The translations under genes and the position numbers were made by a program. The notes beneath the pieces were generated by a model. That model did not search any database. It was not told the DNA's origin and saw nothing but the letters and a program-made list of their open reading frames with translations. DNA of 32,000 nt, taken from Methylorubrum extorquens (GTDB lineage Bacteria; Pseudomonadota; Alphaproteobacteria; Rhizobiales; Beijerinckiaceae). The stretch is from positions 1,770,001 through 1,802,000 of the forward strand of contig LT962688.1 in assembly GCA_900234795.1 (NCBI GenBank), given 5' to 3'. Every line of letters starts with the position of its first letter. Within the stretch, counting starts at the first letter, position 1. This document shows positions 26,155 through 32,000 of this stretch, in pieces.

Positions 26155-26277
26155 GGTTTCCTCCTGTGCCCGTGCCCCGTCTTGTTCGGGGATCACGCCG
26201 CCCATTACGGAGCCCGCGCGCGATCGGTTTCGCGCGACCGGTCTTTTTTCGACTCGAAGCGTGAGGAGCGCCGCTCG

Positions 26278-27198
26278 ATGGCGAGACATCCCTGGACCGC
26301 CGCCGACATCCCCTCGCAGGCCGGTCGCCGCGCCGTGGTGACGGGGGCGAGCGCCGGGCTCGGGTTCGAGACGGCGCGGGCGCTGGCCGGGGCGGGGGCC
26401 GCGGTGGTTCTGGCGGTGCGCGATCTCGAGAAGGGGGAGCGCGCCGCGGCGGCGATCCGGCGGGAGCATCCCGCCGCCGCGCTGTCGCTGCGCCGGATCG
26501 ACACCGCCTCGCTCGCCTCCGTGCGCGCCTTCGCGGCGGAGTGGCCGGCGGAATGGGCGATCGACCGGCTCGTGCTCAATGCCGGCATCGCCGCGGTGCC
26601 CCGGCGCGAGGAGAGCGTGGACGGGTTCGAGCGGCAACTCGCCACGAACTATCTCGGGCATTTCGCGCTGACCGGGCTGCTGCGGCCGGCCCTGAGCCCC
26701 TCGGCGCGGGTGGTGTCGGTGTCGAGCGTCGCCCATCGCAGCGGACGAATCCGGTTCGACGACCTGCACTGGCGCGAGATCTACGGGGCGCAACGCGCCT
26801 ACCGGCAGAGCAAGCTCGCGCTGCTGATGTTCGCCCTCGAACTCGACCAGCGGCTGAAGGCGGCGGGATCGGGCATCGCCTCGCTCGCAGCGCATCCGGG
26901 GCTCGCCCGCACCGAGGTGTTCCGCCGGGGCGACCGGGCCGGCGCGTTCCAGCAGGGAGCGGGACGGGCGATCTTCTCGCTGATCGGCCAGCCTGCGGCG
27001 CAAGGCGCCCTGCCGATCCTCTACGCGGCCACCGCGCCGGAGGCGGAGCGCGGCGGCTATTACGGACCGGACGGCGTCTGGGAAGCCCGCGGCTACCCGA
27101 AGCCCGCCGCGATCGCGCCCCAAGCCCTCGACCGCGCGGCGGCCGGGCGGCTCTGGGCGGTCTCGGAGACCCTCACCGGCGTGCGGTTCGCGCTGTGA
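26278..27198 (+). CDS. Short-chain dehydrogenase/reductase (SDR) family oxidoreductase
   Basis: An internal ATG of track ORF 25609-27198. It has VVTGASAGLGFETARAL (TGxxxGxG), NAGI, SSVAH and YRQSK (YxxxK). Confidence 0.85.
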   Translation: MARHPWTAADIPSQAGRRAVVTGASAGLGFETARALAGAGAAVVLAVRDLEKGERAAAAIRREHPAAALSLRRIDTASLASVRAFAAEWPAEWAIDRLVLNAGIAAVPRREESVDGFERQLATNYLGHFALTGLLRPALSPSARVVSVSSVAHRSGRIRFDDLHWREIYGAQRAYRQSKLALLMFALELDQRLKAAGSGIASLAAHPGLARTEVFRRGDRAGAFQQGAGRAIFSLIGQPAAQGALPILYAATAPEAERGGYYGPDGVWEARGYPKPAAIAPQALDRAAAGRLWAVSETLTGVRFAL

Positions 27199-27306
27199 GA
27201 GACGCTTCGGTGTACCCCGAAGCCGACAAGCCGGTCCCGCAACCGATCGCTCTTCATTTCGGGATGTTCGCAGAACCGCACTGACGGAAACGGCTCCGCT
27301 TCGAGA

Positions 27307-27740
27307 CTATGCGGCGCGATGCTCGGCGTACCAGTCGCAATGCTTCGTCAGCGGGCAGTGTGCGCATTTCGGAGTTCGGGCGACACAGATCTTCATCCCA
27401 TGCTGGATGAGCCATTCATGCGCATGGCGCTTATGGCGCGCGGGGGTTTGCGCATTGATGAGATCGGCCGCTTGCTTGGCCGAAGTCGTGTCCACGACAC
27501 CGAGACGGTTCAGGACGCGAAGGACATGCGTATCGACCGCGATGCTGTCCTGCGAGAGGGTGAAGTTCATCAGGATATCGACGCATTTGCGGCCGACCCC
27601 TTGCAGCTTTATCAGGTCATCCCGGTTGTCGGGTATGCTTCCGCCGTAGTCTTCGATGATCTGGCGGGCCATTTCCTTCAGGTTTTTGGTCTTGCGGTTG
27701 TAATGCGCGACCGGCTTGATGTGTGCGTCGTCAGATGATT
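27307..27740 (-). pseudogene. Endonuclease III / HhH-GPD base-excision glycosylase, 5'-truncated at the IS end
   Basis: Only the C-terminal ~144 codons remain: ...HIKPVAHYNRKTKNLKEMARQII...LIKLQGVGRKCVDILM...IAVDTHVLRVLNRLG (HhH-GPD). They end with the 4Fe-4S loop CVARTPKCAHCPLTKHC. About 80 N-terminal codons expected from E. coli Nth are missing, and the reading frame runs straight into the IS terminus at 27741. GC is lower here: 31 of 60 in line 27601-27660. Confidence 0.75.
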
Positions 27741-27771
27741 TGAGACGGTTTGCGGTGCTCAGGAACGGAGG
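27741..27771. repeat. IS terminal inverted repeat (orfB-proximal end)
   Basis: tgagacggtttgcggtgctcaggaacggagg aligns with the reverse complement of 29179-29210 (tgagacagattgagggtcttcacgaacggagg) at about 24 of 32 aligned columns. That includes the first 6 nt and the last 9 nt. Confidence 0.75.
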
Positions 27772-27793
27772 CTCTGGTCCATCTGGGTGAGGG

Positions 27794-28774
27794 TTAGGCG
27801 GCCTGCGCGTGATGGCGCAAGCGGCGGTGCATGAGAGTCTGGCGCTTGATCTGCGCTCGATCGCGCAGGATGGCCTCGCCACGGCCGAAGTAGACGTCGG
27901 ACGGGGTGAGGTTGCCCAGGCTCTCATGAGCCCGGACATGGTTGTAGTGCTCGACGAAGGCGGCGACCCGCGCCTCCAGCTCGCCGGGCAGGTAGGCGTG
28001 TTCGAGCAGGATGCGGTTCTTGAGCGTCAAGTGCCAGCGCTCGATCTTGCCCTGTGTCTGCGGATGGCGGGGCGCCCCCCGGATGTGGGTCATGCCCCGG
28101 CTGCCGAGCCACGTGGCCAAGTCAGCCGCGACGTAGCTCGATCCGTTGTCGGTGAGCAGCCGTGGCCGGTGTGCCACCTGCACGGGGTCGAGGCCGGCAG
28201 CCGTAAGCGCCAAGTCGAGTGTGGCGGTGACGTCGCTGGCCTGCATCGTCGTGCACAGCTTCCAAGCTACGATGTAGCGCGAGAAGTCATCCAGCACCGT
28301 CGAGAGATAGTACCAGCCCCAGCCGACGACCTTCAGGTAGGTGAAGTCCGTCTGCCACAGCTGGTTGGGCGCGGTGGTCTTGTCGCGGAACTCATCGGCG
28401 GCGTTGGCGACGATATAGGCCGGGCTGGTGACCAGATCCTGAGCTTTGAGCAGGCGGTAGACGGTGGCTTCGGAGACGAAGTACCGCCGCTCGTCGGTGA
28501 AGCGTACCGCCAGCTCGCGCGGGCTGAGTTCCGGCTCTTCCAGCGCGAGCGCGACAATCTGCTCGCGAACCTCCATGGGCAGGCGGTTCCACACCCGGCT
28601 TGGTCGCGAGGGGCGATCGACCAGAGCCTCGGGGCCGCCGCGTTGGTAGGTGTCGTACCAACGGTAGAACGTGGCTCGGGCGACGCCGAGCTTGTCCAGG
28701 GTGGCGCGCACCGGCAGGTGGGACTGCTCGACCAGCCGGATGACCTCCAGCTTCTCGGGGGCCGGGTACCTCAT
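27794..28774 (-). CDS. IS transposase OrfB (DDE/rve integrase core with its own N-terminal HTH)
   Basis: A 326-aa ORF with PVRATLDKLGVARATFYRWY (HTH). Catalytic-triad regions are LWQTDFTY, LLTDNGSSY and HPQTQGKIERWH. Confidence 0.9.
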   Translation of the reverse strand: MRYPAPEKLEVIRLVEQSHLPVRATLDKLGVARATFYRWYDTYQRGGPEALVDRPSRPSRVWNRLPMEVREQIVALALEEPELSPRELAVRFTDERRYFVSEATVYRLLKAQDLVTSPAYIVANAADEFRDKTTAPNQLWQTDFTYLKVVGWGWYYLSTVLDDFSRYIVAWKLCTTMQASDVTATLDLALTAAGLDPVQVAHRPRLLTDNGSSYVAADLATWLGSRGMTHIRGAPRHPQTQGKIERWHLTLKNRILLEHAYLPGELEARVAAFVEHYNHVRAHESLGNLTPSDVYFGRGEAILRDRAQIKRQTLMHRRLRHHAQAA

Positions 28775-29145
28775 GCCTCGTCGCCCCCAGCCCCGCTCAT
28801 GCTTTTTTTGAGCAGGCGGTTCTCCAGGACGAGGTCGGCCACGACCTCCTTCAGCGCGCCCGCCTCGCGGCGCAGGTCCTTGACCTCATCGGCGGTGGCG
28901 GCACGGGCCGTGTCGCCGGCCAGCCGCTTCTTCCCGGCTTCCAGGAACTCCTTGGACCAGCCGTAGTACATCGAGCTGGCGATGCCTTCGCGCCGGCACA
29001 GCTCGGCGATGCTGTCCTCGCCGCGCAGGCCTTCCAGCACGATGCGGATCTTCTCTTCGGCCGAGAACTGCCGACGCGTAGCGCGGCGGATGTCCTTGAT
29101 CACGGCCTCCGCCGGCTTCCGTACCGGCCCGGATGACTGTTTCAT
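28771..29145 (-). CDS. IS transposase OrfA (HTH_Tnp_1 / IS3-IS911-type)
   Basis: A 124-aa ORF: RRQFSAEEKIRIVLEGLRGEDSIAELCRREGIASSMYYGWSKEFLEAGKKRL plus a leucine-zipper-like tail (LKEVVADLVLENRLLKKS). Its stop overlaps the orfB ATG (ATGA). Confidence 0.9.
   Translation of the reverse strand: MKQSSGPVRKPAEAVIKDIRRATRRQFSAEEKIRIVLEGLRGEDSIAELCRREGIASSMYYGWSKEFLEAGKKRLAGDTARAATADEVKDLRREAGALKEVVADLVLENRLLKKSMSGAGGDEA
28802..28809 (-). promoter_or_regulatory. Candidate programmed -1 ribosomal frameshift site (A7G)
   Basis: The minus strand reads CTC AAA AAA AGC in the orfA frame. Slipping -1 on the A-run gives AAG CAT GAG CGG GGC TGG GGG CGA CGA GGC ATG AGG TAC... This frame has no stop and runs directly into orfB (MRYPAPEK...), which would make an OrfAB fusion. 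Confidence 0.65.
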
Positions 29146-29178
29146 CTTCGCTCCTGGGGGCTACGATGAACCAGCCAT

Positions 29179-29210
29179 CCTCCGTTCGTGAAGACCCTCA
29201 ATCTGTCTCA
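29179..29210. repeat. IS terminal inverted repeat (orfA-proximal end)
   Basis: See the partner repeat at 27741-27771. Confidence 0.75.
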
Positions 29211-29579
29211 GGAGTGCTGACGGCGGACAACGGCGGCGTTCGTGGTCGCGGGTACGATGACGATGACGATGATGATGATCGGCCACGTGAACGCGGCCGC
29301 AGCTACGATAATGGCTACGGTAACGAGCGGCGTCGCCGATACGATGAAGATCAGGATCGCCAGCCCGGTCGCGGGTACGACACTGATGACCGGGAACGGA
29401 AGCGTCATCGCGGGTCCCAGGAGGAGCCTGAGGCTAAGTTCGACGAAGACGAGTACCTGCGTTGCAACCCGGATGTCGCCCGAGCCGTGGAACAAGGGCA
29501 AATGCGGTCTGGGAATACCCATTACAGGACATTCGGGCGCCGTGAGGGGCGCCGCCTCAGCTGCCCAATGAAGCTTTAA
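29211..29579 (+). pseudogene. 5'-truncated gene for a highly charged Asp/Arg-rich protein with a C-terminal NPDV-type motif
   Basis: Starting immediately at the IS end, it reads GVLTADNGGVRGRGYDDDDDDDDRPRERGRSYDNGYGNERRRRYDEDQDRQPGRGYDTDDRERKRH...FDEDEYLRCNPDVARAVEQGQMRSGNTHYRTFGRREGR. There is no native start. Track ORF 29133-29579 borrows its first 26 codons from inside the IS. Confidence 0.5.
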
Positions 29580-30085
29580 GTCCCCGTCGCACGCGCCGAC
29601 TTGCTGAAGCGCTGTCTCTTCTAAAGGTCCAAGTGGGTCCATTTCGCATTTGCGCGAACGGCTCCATTTCATCTTAACCGCGCTACGACCCAGATGCTGC
29701 GTTTTTGAATTCCAAGTAGCCTTTCCCGGCGAGTTTGAACGTCAGGTAAACCTTGGTTTTTTGGACATTTATGTTTGCACTGCGAGAGGCCCGCTTGGGG
29801 TCGAAAGCGGCGGCCGGCCGGCCGGAGTCCGAGAAGAGTTCGCCCGGAGCCGGTTCGAGGCAGGTATCCGGTGAGTCCTCTGCGCCCGATCCGAATGTGC
29901 GAGCACAAGCTCAGCCTCCAAGCCACCTGAGCGGTCGGTCCGACGGCACCGTTCGGCCGGGAGAGACGCGCCAATCGGCGCCGCGCCTCTGCGGGAACGC
30001 TCGTTCCTGGCCACCGGCGAGAAGCGCGCGAAGGAACGCCATCGCGCCGCCGTGGTTTCTTTCGCCACCACCTGGGAGGAACAGC

Positions 30086-30367
30086 ATGCGAATTCTTGCG
30101 ACGGCGTTGGCGCTGACGGTCATGACGGGGCTCGGCGCCGGGACCGCGGAAGCCAAGGGATGCATCAAGGGCGCGATCATCGGCGGTGTCGCCGGACATT
30201 ATCTGGCCGAGCGCGGCGTGGTCGGGGCCGTGGCCGGCTGTCTGGCCGGACGGGCCCTGGCGAACCGGCGCGCGCGGCGGGAGGTCGATTACGGCTCCCA
30301 GGTCCAGCCCCGCGGGGCCGGCTATGGCGGCGGGCAGGCCTATCCGGGCCGGAATTACCGGTATTGA
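30086..30367 (+). CDS. Small secreted glycine-zipper protein
   Basis: A GGGAGGA SD lies 5 nt before the ATG at 30086. It has a signal peptide (MRILATALALTVMTGLGAGTAEA), then GCIKGAIIGGVAGHYLAERGVVGAVAGCLAG (GxxxG repeats) and a Gly/Tyr-rich tail. The track ORF starts at 29753, which I consider unlikely. Confidence 0.65.
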   Translation: MRILATALALTVMTGLGAGTAEAKGCIKGAIIGGVAGHYLAERGVVGAVAGCLAGRALANRRARREVDYGSQVQPRGAGYGGGQAYPGRNYRY

Positions 30368-30371
30368 TGCA

Positions 30372-30399
30372 AGAAGGGGCGCCGTTCGGCGCCCCTTCT
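30372..30399. terminator. Bidirectional intrinsic terminator between the convergent glycine-zipper and MCP genes
   Basis: A perfect 12-bp stem (agaaggggcgcc / ggcgccccttct) with loop gttc, followed by cgtttct on the plus strand. Confidence 0.6.
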
Positions 30400-30468
30400 C
30401 GTTTCTGCAATTTCCGACACGGTCCGGGCCGCGCGAAATGTCCGGCGGCCGCTTCCTCGGAATGCGCC

Positions 30469-32000
30469 CTAGGCAGCGCGAATGGTCGCGAGGAAGCGAT
30501 TGACCTCGGCGGACAGGTGCTCGGACTGACGCGACAGCTCTGAAGCGGACATCAGCACCTGGCTCGCGGCAGCTCCCGTTTCCTCCGAGGCCTCGGCCAC
30601 TCCGCCGATGTTGGTCGTGACCTCGCTGGTTCCCACCGAAGCCTCGGCGACGTTGCGCACGATCTCCTGCGTCGCCGCGCCCTGCTGCTCGACCGCCGCC
30701 GCGATCGTCGCGGTCACCGTGTTGATCTCCCGGATCCGCGTGGTGATCGAGCCGATCGCACCCACCGCCTGTCCGGTCGCCCCCTGGATCTGGCCGATCT
30801 GGCCGGAAATTTCCTCGGTGGCGCGGGCGGTCTGGTTTGCCAGCTCCTTCACCTCGGCGGCGACGACGGCGAAGCCGCGACCGGCTTCGCCGGCCCGTGC
30901 GGCCTCGATGGTGGCGTTGAGGGCGAGCAGGTTGGTTTGGCTCGCGATGTTGGCAATGAGGTTCACCACGTCGCCGATCCGGGTCACGGCCCTGCTCAAC
31001 TCGGTGACGTGGGAACCGGTCTCGTCCGCCTCGGCCACCGCCTGCTGGGCGAGGTTGGCCGAACCGGAGACCTGCCGGCCGATTTCCTGCACCGATGCAC
31101 CGAGTTCCTCGGCGGCGGAGGCGACCGTGTTGACGTTCGCGGCCGCCTCCTCCGCGGCCGAGGCGACGGTGGTCGATCGGGTGGCGGTCCTCTGAGCCGT
31201 CGATGTCATCTGCTGGGCGGTGGCCTGCAGCTCGGTCGCCGAGGAGGAGACCATGCCGACGATGCCGCCGACCGCCCCCTCGAAGCCGTCGGCGAGCTCC
31301 ATCATCGTGCGCTTGCGCTCGGCCGCCGCGGCGGTCTCGGCGATCTGCCGTCGCTCGGCGTCCTCGGCCGCCTTCCGGGCCACCATCGTCTTGATGCCCT
31401 CGACCGCCCGTCCCACGGCGCCGATCTCATCGCCGCGCGCGGCTTGGCGAATCGTGGAGTCGATCTCGCCCTGAGCCATCCGATTCAGAACGGAGACGAG
31501 CTGCGAGAGCGGCCGGGTAATGCCGAACACGACGATCGCACCGGAGAGCACGGCGGCCAGAAGCAGGCCGACCGCCGCCATCACGATCAGCTGGGTGACG
31601 GCCGTTCCGACATCCCGCTCGAGTTGGCTTGCGCCGGCCTGCATCTCCTCGATGATCTTCTGCGTGCGCGCTTCCACCAGCTCGGTGAGCTTGGCCCGCG
31701 CGGGCTGCCCTTCCTCCTGCACGATCGTCATCGCGGCATCGGTCTCGTTCCTGCTGCCGAGAACGATGGTCCGGTCGATGACGGCGAAATAGGCTTCGGC
31801 GAGTTTGCGAACATCGTTGCCGAATTTGACGCGTGCCGGCGTGTCCGCCAGGGCGATCAGCCGATCGATGTTTTTGTAAACGCCGCTGACGGTGGCGTCG
31901 TATCGTGCCTTGTATCGGTCGATCTTTTCCTTTCTGGGGTCGATGATGAGGTTGCGGCTGAGCAGGGTCGCCTCCGCAACACCGGCCTGGGCCTTGAGAT
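30469..32000 (-). CDS. Methyl-accepting chemotaxis protein; the N-terminus lies beyond the window end
   Basis: The C-terminal signalling domain includes ...[41 protein letters not shown]..., the highly conserved MCP hairpin. A HAMP-like segment and a TM helix ([27 protein letters not shown]) lie upstream. The frame stays open upstream of the track start (31731) to base 32000 (...[31 protein letters not shown]...). Confidence 0.9.
   Translation of the reverse strand, partial: LKAQAGVAEATLLSRNLIIDPRKEKIDRYKARYDATVSGVYKNIDRLIALADTPARVKFGNDVRKLAEAYFAVIDRTIVLGSRNETDAAMTIVQEEGQPARAKLTELVEARTQKIIEEMQAGASQLERDVGTAVTQLIVMAAVGLLLAAVLSGAIVVFGITRPLSQLVSVLNRMAQGEIDSTIRQAARGDEIGAVGRAVEGIKTMVARKAAEDAERRQIAETAAAAERKRTMMELADGFEGAVGGIVGMVSSSATELQATAQQMTSTAQRTATRSTTVASAAEEAAANVNTVASAAEELGASVQEIGRQVSGSANLAQQAVAEADETGSHVTELSRAVTRIGDVVNLIANIASQTNLLALNATIEAARAGEAGRGFAVVAAEVKELANQTARATEEISGQIGQIQGATGQAVGAIGSITTRIREINTVTATIAAAVEQQGAATQEIVRNVAEASVGTSEVTTNIGGVAEASEETGAAASQVLMSASELSRQSEHLSAEVNRFLATIRAA

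Larger units (their letters stand above)
27741..29210 (-). mobile_element. 1470-bp insertion sequence with IS3-type two-ORF organisation
   Basis: It is bounded by imperfect terminal inverted repeats that start TGAGAC... and end ...GTCTCA (TG/CA termini). Inside are orfA, orfB and an A7G slippery site. I found no flanking direct repeat. Confidence 0.85.

Noticed and set aside
25582-27198. Two long overlapping ORFs: 25582-27123 on the minus strand (513 aa) and 25609-27198 on the plus strand (529 aa).
   Set aside because: Only the C-terminal 190 aa of the minus ORF is meaningful (fasciclin; SD plus signal peptide at 26154). Only the C-terminal 306 aa of the plus ORF is meaningful (SDR; ATG 26278). 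The remainders are mutual antisense read-through.
27809-28966. A 385-aa plus-strand ORF inside the IS.
   Set aside because: It is antisense to orfB and orfA. The DDE and HTH motifs are on the minus strand.
29753-30085. A 111-codon upstream extension of the glycine-zipper ORF.
   Set aside because: The extension is Pro/Arg/Ser-rich with no signal peptide. The internal ATG at 30086 has a strong SD and is followed immediately by a signal peptide.
1-32000. A search by eye for tRNA, rRNA, CRISPR arrays and known riboswitches, including a Moco riboswitch near the mod genes.
   Set aside because: No cloverleaf-like sequence was found in any intergenic gap. There are no regularly spaced direct repeats and no rRNA-like conserved stretches. 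With modA and its leader absent, there is nowhere for a Moco element. This was a manual scan only; tRNAscan-SE and Infernal would be decisive.

Overview
This is a high-GC chromosomal segment; a typical 60-nt line such as 16021-16080 has 48 G+C. Gene content looks alphaproteobacterial, Methylobacterium/Rhizobiales-like, but that is inferred only from composition and genes. The left third is a conserved envelope block: pepA divergent from lptF-lptG-lptD. After it come a SAM methyltransferase, a TerB-like protein, lrgAB-like genes, a SulP/STAS anion transporter and an alpha/beta hydrolase.

The centre (about 11.95-15.39 kb) is a low-GC island with a decayed AraC-type remnant at its left edge. It carries a compact, translationally coupled module: a PgaC/IcaA/NodC-like processive family-2 glycosyltransferase, an HlyD-type periplasmic adaptor and a small triple-CxxC zinc-ribbon protein. 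I consider this the best candidate for an undescribed system, namely a minimal synthase-dependent exopolysaccharide module with a novel small metal-binding partner.

To the right lie rsmA and pdxA on the minus strand. An AadB-like nucleotidyltransferase gene sits between the intact pdxA and a collapsed duplicate of the pdxA 5' end. Next is a fragmented molybdate transporter locus: modC, two unrelated genes, then a frameshifted modB, with no modA. After that come a BrnA-like small-gene pair, GAF, GFA, chloroperoxidase-type hydrolase, fasciclin and SDR genes.

A 1470-bp two-ORF IS with an A7G slippery site follows. It has no target-site duplication and sits between two 5'-truncated genes. The window ends with a glycine-zipper protein and a partial methyl-accepting chemotaxis protein. 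I found no tRNA, rRNA or CRISPR array.

Three apparent single-base insertions in homopolymer runs (GT2, GST, modB) suggest either sequencing indels or real gene decay. Many long ORFs in the track are antisense or alternative-frame artefacts of the high GC content.
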